A DNA stretch of 64,000 nucleotides from Bacteroidota bacterium. Lineage in GTDB: Bacteria; Bacteroidota; Bacteroidia; CAILMK01. The translations under genes were made by a program, and so were the position numbers. The notes beneath the pieces were generated by a model. That model was not told the origin of the DNA. It did not search any database and was given only the letters and a program-made list of their open reading frames with translations. The stretch covers positions 7,350 to 71,349 of the forward strand of contig DAIUCM010000001.1 in the NCBI GenBank assembly GCA_036846145.1, given 5' to 3'. Shown one piece after another: positions 23,258-36,200 of this stretch (position 1 is its first letter; each line of letters starts with the position of its first letter).

Positions 23258-23264
23258 TTTCTTA

Positions 23265-23555
23265 TTAGATATTACTGTAGAAATCTATCTGATCCCCTTC
23301 GTTTAATTTTACAATGGCTTTCTTAAAACCATTCTTTTTGCCATGTATAAAGTTCTTCTTAGAATATCTTGTAATACTTTTTCCAGCATATACCATTGTT
23401 CTAATTTCAGAAACTCTTACATCATATAATAATTCAATTTCTTTGCGGATTTCTTCTTTAGAAGCTCTTTTCTCCACAATAAAACCATATTGGTTATATT
23501 TGTCAGTAAGCGCCGAATATTTCTCCGTAATCAAAGGCCTTTTAAGAACACCCAT
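23265..23555 (-). CDS. rplW: 50S ribosomal protein L23
   Basis: 96 aa, S10 operon position between rplD and rplB. Confidence 0.93.
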   Translation of the reverse strand: MGVLKRPLITEKYSALTDKYNQYGFIVEKRASKEEIRKEIELLYDVRVSEIRTMVYAGKSITRYSKKNFIHGKKNGFKKAIVKLNEGDQIDFYSNI

Positions 23556-23560
23556 ATATA

Positions 23561-24187
23561 TTATTTTAGTGTTTCATTTAATGTTGCAACTACACTTTCT
23601 GTTAACATTACAGCATTAGCATTAACCAAATTGTAAGTATTAATATCTGAAACTGTTATAACTTGCGAGTTTGTTAAATTCCTTGCGGATTTAATAATAT
23701 TATCCTGTTTGGAATTGATAACAAGCATGGATCTTGTGTCACTCAGATTAATAGCGCTAAGTATATTAACGAATTCCTTAGTTTTCGGAGTTTGTAAATC
23801 GAAATCTTCAATAATATAAAGTGAATTAGATTTCGCTTTGTATGAAAGAGCTGATTTGCGTGCCAAGGTACGTACTTTCTTATTCAACTTAAGATCATAT
23901 GTACGCGGTCTTGGTCCGAAAATGCGTCCACCACCTCGTAGTACAGGTGATTTTATACTACCAATTCGAGCGCCTCCACCACCTTTTTGTTTGCGAAGTT
24001 TACGGGTTGAACCAGCAACCTCATTTCTCTCTTTCGCTTTATGAGTACCCTGGCGCTGATTAATTAAATATCTCTTAACATCAAGATAAATAACGTGATC
24101 ATTAGGCTCGATATTAAATATATCATCTGACAATTCTACAGAACGCCCAGTCTTTTCACCTTTTATATTTATTATATCTAGCTTCAT
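23561..24187 (-). CDS. rplD: 50S ribosomal protein L4
   Basis: 208 aa, MKLDIINIKGEKTGRSVELSDDIF... Confidence 0.95.
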   Translation of the reverse strand: MKLDIINIKGEKTGRSVELSDDIFNIEPNDHVIYLDVKRYLINQRQGTHKAKERNEVAGSTRKLRKQKGGGGARIGSIKSPVLRGGGRIFGPRPRTYDLKLNKKVRTLARKSALSYKAKSNSLYIIEDFDLQTPKTKEFVNILSAINLSDTRSMLVINSKQDNIIKSARNLTNSQVITVSDINTYNLVNANAVMLTESVVATLNETLK

Positions 24188-24188
24188 A

Positions 24189-24806
24189 TTATTTCTCTAT
24201 AATAACTAACGAACCATTTTTACCAGGCACCGAACCTTTAACCAAGACAAGATTTTTATCAGCGATGATCCTAACAATTCTTAAATTCTGAACTTTAACT
24301 GATGCGTTACCCATCTGCCCTGCCATTCGCATACCTTTGAAAACTCGAGATGGAAAAGATGAAGCACCTAATGATCCAGGAGCACGTCCCCTGTTATGCT
24401 GACCATGCGTTTGTCCACCTACGCCACTAAACCCGTGTCTTTTAACTACGCCTTGAAAACCTTTACCTGCAGAAGTTCCGCTTACATCAACGAACTCGCC
24501 TTCTTCAAAAAGAGTACTTGTCAGCTCCTCGCCAAGAGTAAATTCACGATCAAACTCTTTAAATTCTGCTAATTTCAACTTAGGCGTTGTATTAGCTTTA
24601 GAGAAATGCCCTTTAAGTGCTTTGTTAGTTGACTTTTCTCTTTTTTCGCCATAGGCAAGCTGTATCGCAGAATAACCATCAGTTTCTTCTGTTTTTACTT
24701 GCGTAACTACACATGGTCCAGCTTCAATTACAGTACATGGAATCATCTTTCCATCTGCATCAAAAATGCTGGTCATTCCAATTTTTTTTCCTATTAAGCC
24801 TGACAT
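24189..24806 (-). CDS. rplC: 50S ribosomal protein L3
   Basis: 205 aa, [39 protein letters not shown]... Confidence 0.97.
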   Translation of the reverse strand: MSGLIGKKIGMTSIFDADGKMIPCTVIEAGPCVVTQVKTEETDGYSAIQLAYGEKREKSTNKALKGHFSKANTTPKLKLAEFKEFDREFTLGEELTSTLFEEGEFVDVSGTSAGKGFQGVVKRHGFSGVGGQTHGQHNRGRAPGSLGASSFPSRVFKGMRMAGQMGNASVKVQNLRIVRIIADKNLVLVKGSVPGKNGSLVIIEK

Positions 24807-24808
24807 TT

Positions 24809-25114
24809 TTAAACTTTTATTTCGACATCAACGCCGCTTGGTAATTCTAATTTCATTAACGCATCTACAGTTTTTGTACTTGTGCTGTAAATATCAATTA
24901 GTCTTTTATGTGCACAAAGCTCAAACTGCTCACGAGCTTCCTTATTAACGTGTGGTGACCTTAAAACCGTGAAAATCTTTTTTTCAGTTGGCAATGGTAT
25001 TGGACCGCTTACTACCGCGCCTGTAGTTTTAACAGTCTTAACAATTTTTTCTGCAGATTTATCTACGAGATAGTGATCGTAAGACTTCAGTTTTATTCTA
25101 ATTTTTTGACTCAT
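24809..25114 (-). CDS. rpsJ: 30S ribosomal protein S10
   Basis: 101 aa, [33 protein letters not shown]... Confidence 0.97.
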   Translation of the reverse strand: MSQKIRIKLKSYDHYLVDKSAEKIVKTVKTTGAVVSGPIPLPTEKKIFTVLRSPHVNKEAREQFELCAHKRLIDIYSTSTKTVDALMKLELPSGVDVEIKV

Positions 25115-25122
25115 GGCCGAAT

Positions 25123-27231
25123 TTATACTTTTTCTGCTTTACCTTTTACTTTTGCTAATATACCTTCTGCAATGTTTGCAGGAACTGTATCATAATGAGA
25201 TAATGTGATTGTAGAAACACCACGACCAGATGTAATGGTTCTTAATGATGTAACATATCCGAATAATTCAGATAAAGGCACTTTTGCTTTAATCACCTGG
25301 CCGTCACCTCTTGTGTCAATACCTTCCAATTGGCCACGTCTGCGGTTTAGGTCACCCATAACATCACCCATGTATTCTTCTGGAGTGATAACTTCAACAC
25401 TCATTATTGGCTCAAGTAAAACCGGCTTAGCTTTTTTAGCAGCTTCGCGGTAAGCCATTTTTGCCGCAAGTTCAAAAGATAATGAATCTGAATCAACTGC
25501 GTGGAATGAACCATCAAACAATCTCACTTTCATACTATCTAGAGGATAACCTGCAAGTACACCATTTGACATTGATGCTTCAAAACCTTTCTGTACAGCT
25601 GGAATAAACTCACGTGGTATTGCTCCACCTGTGATTTCATTAACGAACTCAAGTCCTTTCTTATCACTTGCACCCGGGCCTATTTCCACAGATATATCTG
25701 CAAATTTACCACGGCCACCGGATTGCTTCTTATAAACTTCCCTGTGTGTTACACTTGATGTAATTGCTTCTTTGTATGCAACTTGTGGTGCACCCTGGTT
25801 ACATTCTACCTTGAATTCTCTTTTCAAGCGGTCAACTATAATTTCGAGGTGTAGCTCACCCATACCGCTGATTACAGTTTGTCCTGTTTCTTCATCAGAT
25901 TTAACTCTAAAGGTTGGATCCTCTTCAGCAAGCTTAGCTAAAGATGTACCTAATTTATCTACATCCGCCTGAGTTTTGGGTTCTATTGCCAATCCAATTA
26001 CAGGTTCAGGGAAAGTCATGCTCTCAAGTGCAATAGGATGCTTTTCCTCGCAAAGCGTATCACCAGTTCTGATATCTTTAAATCCAACGCCTGCACCTAT
26101 ATCACCAGCCTGAATTTTATCGATTGGATTCTGCTTGTTTGCGTGCATCTGGAATATACGGCTAATTCTTTCTTTCTTACCGGTTCTTACATTAAGAACA
26201 TACGAACCTGCATCTAATGAACCACTATAAACCCTGAAGAATGCTAACCTACCTACAAATGGGTCTGTGGCAATTTTAAATGCCAGGGCTGTAAATGGCC
26301 CTTCTGTATCATGATTGCGAACTTCTTCTTCCTCAGTATCCGGGTTCATACCTACAACTGGCGGCATATCCTGTGGAGAAGGCAGGTACTCACATACTGC
26401 ATTTAGCATAGTTTGTACACCTTTGTTCTTAAAAGCAGAGCCACATAAAATCGGAGTAATCTTCATTGAGATAGTTCCTTTACGAATCGCTTCTTTCATT
26501 TCTGATTCCGTAATACTATCCGGATCATCAAAGAACTTCTCTAATAAAGAATCATCAAACTCAGCAACTGCTTCAACAAGCATCTGGCGACGTTCTGCAA
26601 CTTCGTCTTTCAGGTCTTCAGGAATTTCGATTACATCGTATTTCATTCCCTGGGATGCGTCGTCCCATATTATAGCCTGGTTTGTAATTAAATCAACTAC
26701 ACCGCGGAAATTATCTTCGTTGCCAATTGGAACCTGCAATGCAACAGGGTTACCATTGAGCATTCTTTTAATCTGATCAACAACATTGAAGAAGTCTGCT
26801 CCTGCACGGTCCATTTTATTAACGAAACCTAATCGAGGAACATTATACTTATTCATCTGGCGCCATACAGTTTCAGATTGTGGCTCAACACCATCAACCG
26901 CACTGAATAATGCAACCGCTCCATCAAGTACACGCAATGATCGTTCTACTTCAACTGTAAAGTCAACGTGACCTGGAGTATCAATTATATTAATGGTGTA
27001 GGGCTTATTTGCGTAAGTCCATGTACATTTAGTAGCAGCTGAAGTAATGGTAATTCCCCTCTCCTGCTCCTGAACCATCCAGTCCATTGTTGCAGCACCT
27101 TCATGCACCTCACCTATACGGTGTGTAATACCAGTATAGTATAAAATACGCTCGGTTGTTGTAGTTTTACCTGCATCAATGTGTGCGCTAATACCTATAT
27201 TTCTGGTAAAACTTAAATCTTTACTTGCCAT
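25123..27231 (-). CDS. fusA: elongation factor G
   Basis: 702 aa. G domain ...[20 protein letters not shown]... and full EF-G domain set. Confidence 0.97.
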   Translation of the reverse strand: MASKDLSFTRNIGISAHIDAGKTTTTERILYYTGITHRIGEVHEGAATMDWMVQEQERGITITSAATKCTWTYANKPYTINIIDTPGHVDFTVEVERSLRVLDGAVALFSAVDGVEPQSETVWRQMNKYNVPRLGFVNKMDRAGADFFNVVDQIKRMLNGNPVALQVPIGNEDNFRGVVDLITNQAIIWDDASQGMKYDVIEIPEDLKDEVAERRQMLVEAVAEFDDSLLEKFFDDPDSITESEMKEAIRKGTISMKITPILCGSAFKNKGVQTMLNAVCEYLPSPQDMPPVVGMNPDTEEEEVRNHDTEGPFTALAFKIATDPFVGRLAFFRVYSGSLDAGSYVLNVRTGKKERISRIFQMHANKQNPIDKIQAGDIGAGVGFKDIRTGDTLCEEKHPIALESMTFPEPVIGLAIEPKTQADVDKLGTSLAKLAEEDPTFRVKSDEETGQTVISGMGELHLEIIVDRLKREFKVECNQGAPQVAYKEAITSSVTHREVYKKQSGGRGKFADISVEIGPGASDKKGLEFVNEITGGAIPREFIPAVQKGFEASMSNGVLAGYPLDSMKVRLFDGSFHAVDSDSLSFELAAKMAYREAAKKAKPVLLEPIMSVEVITPEEYMGDVMGDLNRRRGQLEGIDTRGDGQVIKAKVPLSELFGYVTSLRTITSGRGVSTITLSHYDTVPANIAEGILAKVKGKAEKV

Positions 27232-27236
27232 TACTA

Positions 27237-27704
27237 TTAGAATCTAAAATGTGAAAATGCCTTGTTGGCTTCAGCCATACGGTGTGTATCTTCTTTCTTC
27301 TTTACTGCAGCTCCTTCGTTATTCGCTGCTGCCATAACTTCTGCGGCAAGCTTATCAGCCATGGTTTTACCATTACGCTTACGTGAATAAAGAATCAGCC
27401 ATTTCATGCCCATTGCTACTTTGCGCTCAGGACGAATTTCACTTGGTATCTGGAAAGTTGCACCACCAATACGGCGTGCAACAACTTCAACGGCAGGAGT
27501 AATATTACCTAATGCTCTTCTAAACACTTCGATACCGCTCTCCTTTGTACGTGCCTCAACTATATCTAAAGCTCCGTAAACAATATTAAATGCTGTACTT
27601 TTTTTACCATCGTACATGATGTTGTTTACGAACTTCGTTAATACTGTATCACCGTAACGCGGGTCCGGGAGTAAGTATCTCTTTTTTGGTTTAGTCTTCC
27701 TCAT
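27237..27704 (-). CDS. rpsG: 30S ribosomal protein S7
   Basis: 155 aa, [28 protein letters not shown]... Confidence 0.97.
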   Translation of the reverse strand: MRKTKPKKRYLLPDPRYGDTVLTKFVNNIMYDGKKSTAFNIVYGALDIVEARTKESGIEVFRRALGNITPAVEVVARRIGGATFQIPSEIRPERKVAMGMKWLILYSRKRNGKTMADKLAAEVMAAANNEGAAVKKKEDTHRMAEANKAFSHFRF

Positions 27705-27722
27705 GGTATATTTCCTTAACCT

Positions 27723-28106
27723 TTACGATTTTTTAACTTTAGGACGTTTGGTTCCGTACTTAGACCTGCCTTGCTTCCTGTTCTCAACGCCTGCAGTATC
27801 TAACGCACCACGAATAATGTGATAACGTACACCTGGTAAATCTTTAACACGGCCACCCCTGATCAGCACAATTGAGTGCTCCTGCAGGTTATGACCCTCA
27901 CCCGGAATATAAACGTTTACTTCTTTTGTATTTGTAAGCCTAACCCTTGCAACTTTACGCATTGCTGAATTTGGTTTCTTAGGCGTTGTTGTATATACAC
28001 GAGTACAAACACCGCGTTTTTGCGGACATGCATCCAGCGCCGGCGATTTGCTCTTATTTTTAATATTCTGCCTGCCGTTTCTTACTAATTGTTGTATAGT
28101 TGGCAT
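27723..28106 (-). CDS. rpsL: 30S ribosomal protein S12
   Basis: 127 aa, [13 protein letters not shown]...[18 protein letters not shown]... Confidence 0.97.
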   Translation of the reverse strand: MPTIQQLVRNGRQNIKNKSKSPALDACPQKRGVCTRVYTTTPKKPNSAMRKVARVRLTNTKEVNVYIPGEGHNLQEHSIVLIRGGRVKDLPGVRYHIIRGALDTAGVENRKQGRSKYGTKRPKVKKS

Positions 28107-28334
28107 AATAAACTATGTTCCTCTTTTTATTTTTGGAAGTGCAAAGGTAGAGTATATTTTAATACCTACCAAAATTTTTTTTATTTTTACTAAACAATTT
28201 TGTTTTTTTTGATTCGAAGGTCTTAGTTAGCTTTTTGACACTATTAACTATCAGGATTTTAAGTATTTTTACGGAAAAGCATATATGAATATATTTTCTG
28301 CCATATTTATAACTTGAAAAAAATAGTTAAAAAA

Positions 28335-28358
28335 AAGGCTGCCAAAAATGGCAGCCTT
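28335..28358 (-). terminator. intrinsic terminator downstream of the DUF3467 gene
   Basis: Perfect 9-bp stem AAGGCTGCC-aaaaat-GGCAGCCTT. On the minus strand it is followed by a T-run (complement of A-run 28326-28336). Confidence 0.75.
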
Positions 28359-28378
28359 ATAAAAGTTTTTAATACTTA

Positions 28379-28711
28379 CTAAGCCTCAGCAGTTGGGCCA
28401 CCGAATTGGATCGGGAATCCTTCCATACTGTTACCTTCTTCTATTTTTCCGTTTGATGCTTCAAACTTCGCAATGTTATCGGTTAAAGCTTTTTGCAGCC
28501 TTTTAGCATGCTGTGGAGTTAGCAGTATCCTGGCTTTTACGCGAGCCTGTGGCATTCCTGGCATTATGCGTATAAAGTCTATCACAAATTCAGTATTTGA
28601 ATGTGTAATAATAGCCAGATTAGAATACGTGCCTTCTGCAACATCCTGTGGCAGCTCTATGTTAAGCTGATTAGCATTTTTGTTATCATCATCATCATTT
28701 TCAATAGCCAT
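28379..28711 (-). CDS. DUF3467 domain-containing protein
   Basis: 110 aa with acidic N-terminus MAIENDDDDNKNANQLNIELPQDVAEGTYSNLAIITHSNTEFVIDFIRIMPG... This small gene is conserved between rpoC and rpsL in Bacteroidota. Confidence 0.75.
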   Translation of the reverse strand: MAIENDDDDNKNANQLNIELPQDVAEGTYSNLAIITHSNTEFVIDFIRIMPGMPQARVKARILLTPQHAKRLQKALTDNIAKFEASNGKIEEGNSMEGFPIQFGGPTAEA

Positions 28712-28722
28712 AGCAATAAAAA

Positions 28723-31700
28723 TTAAATTTTGTTATTTACAAGGCTATCGTATTCTTCCTGCGATCCAACAATAATGTTTTCGAACTTGCGTAAGCCGGT
28801 ACCTGCCGGTATTCGATGACCCACAATTACATTTTCTTTCAGTCCCATTAAAGTATCAACCTTACCGCCAATTGCAGCTTCGTTTAGCACTTTGGTGGTT
28901 TCCTGGAAGGATGCCGCAGAAAGGAAGCTATGCGTACCCAAGCTCGCGCGTGTAATACCCTGAAGTATTGGACTGGTTGTGGCGGCAATAGCATCGCGCG
29001 CCTCTACCAGCTTTCTGTCTTTTCGTTTCAGGATAGAATTTTCCTCACGCAGTTGCCTTGTTGTGATAATTTGTCCGGCTTTGAAGTTAGCAGAATCACC
29101 TGGTTCTGTAACGATTTTTTTATCGTACATCTCATTATTTTCTGCATCTACCTCAAACTTATCTACCGGCTCACCTTCAAGGAACCTTGTATCTCCTGGA
29201 TTATCTATAAGTACTTTCTGCATCATCTGGCGCACAATTACTTCTATGTGCTTATCATTGATCTTAACACCCTGCAAACGATATACTTCCTGAATACCAT
29301 TCAAAATATATTGCTGCACAGCGAAAGGACCTTTGATCTTAAGAATATCTGCAGGCGTGATTGCACCATCGGATAACGGATCACCAGCACGTACGAAGTC
29401 GTTTTCCTGAACAAGGATGTGCTTGGAAAGCGGCACAAGGTACTTTTTAGTTTCACCATCTTTCGAAGTGATCATGATTTCGCGGTTACCACGCTTAATG
29501 CCTCCGAACGATACTGTTCCGTCAATCTCGGAAATTACAGCCGGGTTTGATGGGTTACGCGCTTCGAAAAGCTCTGTTACCCTTGGAAGACCACCTGTGA
29601 TATCTCGTGTTTTTGATGTCGCACGCGGAATTTTAACAATTACCTGTCCACCAACAACTTCAGAATTATCTTCTACGATTATATGCGCACCAACCGGTAA
29701 GTTATACTCGCGTAGCTGCTCTCCAGCCGCATTAAGGATCTTAACTGTCGCTATCTTTGTCTTATCACGTGTTTCGGTAATTACCTTTTCCCTGTGGCCG
29801 GTTTGCTCATCCACCTCTTCGCGATATGTTACGCCTTCAATAATATTCTCATATTTTGTTACACCCGGGAATTCAGAAAGAATTACAGCATTGTAAGGAT
29901 CCCATGCACAAATACGGTCACCTTTGCTTACTGCCTGCCCTGGTTGTACAAATAACTGTGAGCCATAAGGAATGTTGTTCGTTACAAGGTAAGCATTTGT
30001 ATTCTTATCCAGAATACGTATCTCACCTGATCGGCCAATCACTACATCAACCATTCCTTCTTCTGTCTGGTATGGTACAGTAGTAATTCCCTCAAACTCA
30101 AGTACACCTTCAAATTTGGCTATAATCTGGCTTTCAGATGCAATCTTGGAAGCCGTACCACCCACGTGGAAAGTACGAAGTGTAAGCTGTGTACCTGGTT
30201 CACCGATTGATTGTGCCGCAATTACACCAACAGCTTCGCCCTGCTGAACCATACGGCCGCTTGCAAGGTTACGCCCGTAACATTTTTCGCAGGTACCGTG
30301 GCGGGTTTCGCAGGTTAAAACAGATCTGATCTCAACATTCTCAATCGGGCTTTCGTCAATGCGCGTTGCAATAGCTTCATCAAGCTGGGTACCGGCAACA
30401 GCCAATAATTCGCCTGTTAACGGATGATAGATATCATGAAGACAGGTACGACCTAAAATACGCTCGAATAATGTTTCAACAACTTCCTCATTATCTTTTA
30501 AAGCCGTAATAACCAATCCTCTTAATGTACCGCAGTCTCTTTCACGTACAACTACATCTTGCGCCACATCATGTAAACGACGAGTAAGGTAACCCGCATC
30601 CGCAGTTTTAAGAGCCGTATCCGCAAGACCTTTACGCGCACCGTGTGTAGATATAAAGTACTCAAGTACCGATAATCCTTCTTTGAAATTCGCGATAATC
30701 GGGTTCTCAATAATTTCACCTGCACCGCCACCGCCAATGTGTTTACGCGGTTTCGCCATCAAGCCTCTCATTCCGCCAAGCTGACGAATCTGCTCCTTAG
30801 AACCACGCGCGCCTGAATCAAGCATCATATAAACCGAGTTAAATCCTTGATCATCACTTGATAAATGCCTCAATAACTGCTCGGTTACGCGATTGGTAAT
30901 ACGTGTCCAGATGTCAATTACCTGGTTGTAACGCTCATTGTTTGTTATGAAACCGTTGTTATAGTTCTCGGTAATTTCATCTACTTCTTCCTGCGCTTCT
31001 GCAATCAGCCTGTCTTTTTCAGCAGGAACAGCAACATCAGATAAGTTAAATGATAAACCGCCTTTAAACGCGTAGTGGAATCCAAGATCTTTAATATCAT
31101 CAAGAAATCTTGCAGCACGTGCCACACCGGTTACTGTATAGATCTGGGTAATTACATCACGTAAAGCTTTTTTAGAAAGCAACTCGTTGATGAAGCCCAT
31201 TTCTTCCGGTACAACCTGGTTGAATATTACGCGGCCAACTGTTGTATCTAACAATACCGATGATAATTCTCCGGTTTCATTGTTCCGTATCCTTGTTTTA
31301 ACTTTAACAAAAGTATGCAGGTCCACTTGTTTCTGATCATAGGCGATCAGCACTTCTTCCGCACTGTAGAAGGTAAGCCCTTCGCCTTTAACCGGTTTTT
31401 CTGCAGTGCCTCTGCGGCCTTTTGTCATATAATATAATCCCAAAACCATGTCCTGAGACGGAACCGAAATCGGGTTACCGTTGGCTGGGTTAAGAATGTT
31501 ATGCGATGCAAGCATCAATAACTGGGCTTCCAGCACGGCAGCGTTACCAAGCGGAACGTGAATCGCCATCTGGTCACCGTCAAAGTCGGCGTTGAAACCC
31601 TGGCAAACCAACGGGTGAAGCTGAATTGCTTTACCTTCTACCAGTTTCGGCTGGAAGGCCTGGATACCTAACCTGTGGAGTGTTGGGGCACGGTTGAGGA

Positions 31701-33009
31701 GAACAGGATGTCCTTTCAATACATACTCCAGAATCTCCCAGATTACAGGATCCTTACGGTCAACTATTTTCTTCGCAGATTTTACTGTTTTTACAATACC
31801 TCTTTCTATAAGCTTGCGGATGATAAACGGCTTGAATAACTCGGCAGCCATATTTTTAGGCAAACCGCACTCATGCATTTTCAGCCATGGACCTACCACA
31901 ATAACCGAACGACCGGAATAGTCAACACGCTTACCTAATAAGTTCTGACGGAAACGGCCCTGCTTACCTTTAAGCATATCACTTAAAGATTTCAAAGGAC
32001 GATTACCTTCTGTTTTTACCGCGTTCGCCTTACGTGAGTTATCAAATAATGAATCCACCGCTTCCTGGAGCATACGCTTTTCATTACGTAAAATTACTTC
32101 AGGCGCTTTTATTTCTATAAGTCTTTTCAGACGGTTGTTACGGATAATTACCCTTCTGTAAAGGTCGTTAAGATCCGAAGATGCAAAACGGCCGCCATCA
32201 AGCGGAACCAATGGACGCAATTCCGGGGGAATAACTGGAAGAACTTTGATGATCATCCACTCAGGCTTATTCTCAAAACGTGTATTGGCACCACGGAAAC
32301 TTTCAATTACTTTAAGCCTCTTAAGTGCTTCATTTTTACGTTGCTGAGAAGTTTCGTGATAAGCCTGGTTACGCAATGCGTAAGAAAGATCATCAAGATT
32401 CAAACGTCCTAAAAGATCGATCAATGCATCACCGCCCATTTTAGCGATGAATTTGTTTGGATCTGTATCATCCAGCATCTGGTTTTCCTTCGGAAGCGAT
32501 TCCAGGATATCCAGGTACTCTTCTTCAGTTAAGAAATCCAGGTATGAAACGCCATCTTCTGATTTTACACCCGGCTGAACAACTATATATCGCTCATAAT
32601 AAACGATAAGCTCTAGTTTTTTGGCAGGTAAACCTAGAAGATAACCAATTTTATTCGGTAAAGATTTAAAATACCAAATGTGCGCTACCGGTACAACAAG
32701 ATTTACGTGGCCTAATCTTTCACGACGTACACGTTTCTCTGTAACTTCAACACCACAACGGTCGCAAACAATACCTTTGTAACGGATACGCTTGTACTTT
32801 CCGCAATGGCATTCGTAGTCCTTTACCGGACCAAAAATACGTTCGCAGAAAAGTCCGCCCATCTCGGGCTTGAACGTACGGTAATTTATAGTTTCCGGTT
32901 TTGTAACCTCGCCATTGGACCACTCTAACATGATCTCCGGAGAAGCCAAACCAATAGAAACCTGTTTGAAATCGCTTTGCAGCTTAGTTTTTTCCTTCTT
33001 TAAAGCCAT
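28723..33009 (-). CDS. rpoC: DNA-directed RNA polymerase subunit beta'
   Basis: 1428 aa. Zn-finger ...[23 protein letters not shown]... and catalytic ...[15 protein letters not shown]... Confidence 0.98.
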   Translation of the reverse strand: MALKKEKTKLQSDFKQVSIGLASPEIMLEWSNGEVTKPETINYRTFKPEMGGLFCERIFGPVKDYECHCGKYKRIRYKGIVCDRCGVEVTEKRVRRERLGHVNLVVPVAHIWYFKSLPNKIGYLLGLPAKKLELIVYYERYIVVQPGVKSEDGVSYLDFLTEEEYLDILESLPKENQMLDDTDPNKFIAKMGGDALIDLLGRLNLDDLSYALRNQAYHETSQQRKNEALKRLKVIESFRGANTRFENKPEWMIIKVLPVIPPELRPLVPLDGGRFASSDLNDLYRRVIIRNNRLKRLIEIKAPEVILRNEKRMLQEAVDSLFDNSRKANAVKTEGNRPLKSLSDMLKGKQGRFRQNLLGKRVDYSGRSVIVVGPWLKMHECGLPKNMAAELFKPFIIRKLIERGIVKTVKSAKKIVDRKDPVIWEILEYVLKGHPVLLNRAPTLHRLGIQAFQPKLVEGKAIQLHPLVCQGFNADFDGDQMAIHVPLGNAAVLEAQLLMLASHNILNPANGNPISVPSQDMVLGLYYMTKGRRGTAEKPVKGEGLTFYSAEEVLIAYDQKQVDLHTFVKVKTRIRNNETGELSSVLLDTTVGRVIFNQVVPEEMGFINELLSKKALRDVITQIYTVTGVARAARFLDDIKDLGFHYAFKGGLSFNLSDVAVPAEKDRLIAEAQEEVDEITENYNNGFITNNERYNQVIDIWTRITNRVTEQLLRHLSSDDQGFNSVYMMLDSGARGSKEQIRQLGGMRGLMAKPRKHIGGGGAGEIIENPIIANFKEGLSVLEYFISTHGARKGLADTALKTADAGYLTRRLHDVAQDVVVRERDCGTLRGLVITALKDNEEVVETLFERILGRTCLHDIYHPLTGELLAVAGTQLDEAIATRIDESPIENVEIRSVLTCETRHGTCEKCYGRNLASGRMVQQGEAVGVIAAQSIGEPGTQLTLRTFHVGGTASKIASESQIIAKFEGVLEFEGITTVPYQTEEGMVDVVIGRSGEIRILDKNTNAYLVTNNIPYGSQLFVQPGQAVSKGDRICAWDPYNAVILSEFPGVTKYENIIEGVTYREEVDEQTGHREKVITETRDKTKIATVKILNAAGEQLREYNLPVGAHIIVEDNSEVVGGQVIVKIPRATSKTRDITGGLPRVTELFEARNPSNPAVISEIDGTVSFGGIKRGNREIMITSKDGETKKYLVPLSKHILVQENDFVRAGDPLSDGAITPADILKIKGPFAVQQYILNGIQEVYRLQGVKINDKHIEVIVRQMMQKVLIDNPGDTRFLEGEPVDKFEVDAENNEMYDKKIVTEPGDSANFKAGQIITTRQLREENSILKRKDRKLVEARDAIAATTSPILQGITRASLGTHSFLSAASFQETTKVLNEAAIGGKVDTLMGLKENVIVGHRIPAGTGLRKFENIIVGSQEEYDSLVNNKI

Positions 33010-33047
33010 AATTAATTTATGAATTTGGAAATATTATAATGAAGCTG

Positions 33048-33075
33048 CATATATGGTTTTGCTGAAAAATGCTTT
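33048..33075 (+). repeat. bipartite motif copy 39 nt upstream of rpoC
   Basis: gCATATATGgttttgctgaaaaATGCTTTtg. Confidence 0.7.
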
Positions 33076-33085
33076 TGTTCAGTTT

Positions 33086-33162
33086 GAAAGTTGTAAGGTT
33101 GCAAGGTTGTAAAGTTGCCGCGATGCGCAGAAACCTTTCAACCTTGCAACTTTTCAACTTTC
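33086..33162. repeat. imperfect 24-bp inverted repeat (hairpin) in rpoB-rpoC spacer
   Basis: Arms GAAAGTTGTAAGGTTGCAAGGTTG (33086-33109) and CAACCTTGCAACTTTTCAACTTTC (33139-33162) are separated by 29 nt. Flanked by two copies of the CATATATG...ATGCTTT motif. Confidence 0.7.
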
Positions 33163-33173
33163 TAAACCAATTC

Positions 33174-33201
33174 CATATATGCAACCTCAAAAAAATGCTT
33201 T
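33174..33201 (+). repeat. bipartite motif copy overlapping the rpoB stop codon
   Basis: cCATATATGcaacctcaaaaaaATGCTTTag. The rpoB stop (complement) is at 33200-33202. Confidence 0.7.
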
Positions 33202-36200
33202 AGTCTAGTTTAATGTCAAGTGCCAAACCTTTCAGCTCATTCAGCAATACGTTGAAGGACTCCGGAATGCCAGGCTCAGGAAGATTATCTCCCTTAACAA
33301 TGGCTTCGTAAGTCTTCGCACGGCCGATGATATCATCAGATTTGATCGTTAACATTTCCTGGAGTATGTTGGATGCACCAAATGCTTCGAGTGCCCAAAC
33401 CTCCATCTCACCAAAACGCTGGCCACCGAACTGTGATTTACCACCAAGCGGCTGCTGTGTAATTAATGAGTATGGACCTATTGAACGTGCGTGCATCTTA
33501 TCATCCACCATGTGGCTCAGCTTCAGAATGTAAATAACACCTACTGTGGTTGGCTGATCGAAACGCTCGCCGGTTAAACCATCAAACAAATAAGTTTTAC
33601 CGTTTTTAGGTAAGCCTGCCTCGCTGATATAATGATCTATTTCGCCTTCAGTAGCACCATCAAAAATAGGCGTTGCGAATTTCAAACCTAACTTTAAGCC
33701 AGCCCAGCCAAGTACAGTTTCGTATATCTGTCCAAGGTTCATACGCGATGGTACACCAAGCGGGTTCAATACGATATCTACCGGAGTTCCATCCTCAAGG
33801 AATGGCATATCTGCCGAAGGTACAATTTTGGCAACAACACCTTTGTTACCGTGGCGGCCTGCCATTTTATCACCAACTTTAAGCTTACGTTTTTCTGCAA
33901 CATAAACTTTAGCCAGCTTAAGTACGCCGGTTGGTAACTCATCACCAATGGTTAAAGCAAACTGCTCACGCTTGTAACGTGCAATTTCTTCATTTACCTT
34001 AGTTTTGTAATTCTGGATGATACCTTTTACGAGCTGGTTCTTGTCATTATCATTGGTCCAGTTGTTCGGCTCAATCTCGTTGAACTCAAGCTTCGCCAGC
34101 GTTTTCTGGTTGAATCTTGTACCTTTCGGCAACAACTCCTCGTTGAAAACATTGGTTACACTGTTTGATGTTTTGCCATCAATAACAACCAGTAATTTAT
34201 TAATTAACTGCTCTTTAATATCGCCCAGGTTTTTCCTGTGCTCAGTATCAAGCTTTGTAAACAGCGCTTTATCCTTTTCTTTAGAGCCTTTTTCCTTTTT
34301 AGCTCTTTCGAAAAGTTTTTTACTGATTACAATTCCGCCGCCGCTTGGTGGAATACGAAGCGATACATCTTTTACGTCACCAGCTTTTTCACCAAATATT
34401 GCACGGAGAAGTTTTTCTTCAGGCGAAGGCTCAGACTCACCTTTTGGTGTAATTTTACCAATAAGAATATCGCCTTCTTTAACTTCAGCACCAATACGTA
34501 TCAAGCCATTTTCATCCAGGTTACGGGTAGCTTCTTCGCTTACGTTAGGAATATCGTTTGTAAACTCCTCCATACCGCGCTTCGTATCGCGTACATCCAT
34601 TTCATATTCTGTAATATGTATAGATGTAAACCAGTCATCACGTACAGCATTCTCAGAAATTACAATCGCATCCTCAAAGTTGTAACCTTGCCACGGCATG
34701 AACGCAACAGTCATGTTACGGCCCAGTGCCAGCTCGCCTTTTTCAGTAGCGAAACCATCGCAAAGTACTTCTCCTTTTTTCACCTTCTGGCCTTTTTTAA
34801 CAATTGGCTTCAGGTTTACGCATGAGTTCTGGTTTGTTCTTCTGTATTTTACCAGATTGTAAGTACGCACATCTGTATCGAAATCGAGCAAACGAGTTGT
34901 CTCATCACGATCATAACGCACTACAATTTTAAATCCATCTACATAATCAATAACGCCATCATTTTCTGCAATAATCAGCGCTCTCGAATCTTCAGCAATA
35001 CGACCTTCGATACCTGTTCCAACAATCGGCGCCTGCGGACGCAATAAAGGAACCGCCTGGCGCTGCATGTTCGAGCCCATGAGCGCACGGTTGGCATCAT
35101 CATGCTCAAGGAAAGGAATTAAGGATGCAGCAATTGATACGATCTGGTTTGGCGAGACATCCATGTATCCAAGGTCATTCGGATCCACGATGTTGAAGTC
35201 ACCACTCTGGCGCGCTTTAACTTTATCATTAACAAAATTGCCACTCGAATCGAATTTGGCATTTGCCTGCGCAATTACCTTATCATCTTCTTCCTCTGCA
35301 CTTAAATACTCAACAGGAGCATTTAATTGAATTTTACCTTCTTCTACTCTGCGGTATGGCGTTTCTATAAAGCCCATGCTATTTATTTTAGCATAAACTG
35401 AAAGAGAAGAAATCAAACCGATATTCGGACCTTCAGGCGTTTCGATAGTACATAAACGGCCATAATGTGTATAGTGAACGTCACGAACCTCGAAACCAGC
35501 TCTTTCGCGAGAAAGACCACCAGGGCCAAGTGCAGACATTCTTCGCTTATGCGTAATCTCAGCAAGCGGATTGGTTTGATCCATGAACTGAGATAGCTGG
35601 TTTGTACCGAAGAATGAGTTTATAACGGAAGAAAGTGTTCTTGAGTTAATCAGATCCGTTGCAGTAAAAACCTCGTTATCACGTACGTTCATACGCTCAC
35701 GAATGGTACGCGCCATACGTGCAAGACCCACACCAAACTGTGCGTATAATTGCTCACCAACTGTACGTACACGCCTGTTACTCAAGTGGTCAATATCATC
35801 CACATCTGCCTTACTGTTACTTAACTCAATAAGATATTTAATGATGGAGATAATATCATCATGCGTTAATACCCTAACATCAGATGATGAGTTAAGCCCC
35901 AGCTTCTTGTTGATCCTGTAACGGCCAACTTCACCCAGGTCATAACGTTTGTCTGAGAAGAACAAACGCTCGATAATGCCACGCGCAGTTTCTTCATCAG
36001 GTGGATCTGCGTTACGCAACTGGCGATAGATGTGCTCCAATGCCTCTTTGCCAGAGTTCGATGGATCCTTTTGTAAAGTATTATAAATGATCTCAAAGTC
36101 ATTCGCATCCATATCTTCACGATGAAGAATAATGCTTTTAACATTGGCATTTATTATTAAATCAATATGATCATCTCTTAAAATCGTATCACGCTCAAGT

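Noticed and set aside
28930-36150. Numerous 60-220-aa antisense or out-of-frame ORFs inside rpoC and rpoB (e.g. 34017..34685, 34238..34825, 28930..29376)
   Set aside because: They are embedded in highly conserved RNA polymerase coding sequence and have low-complexity translations. They are typical shadow ORFs.
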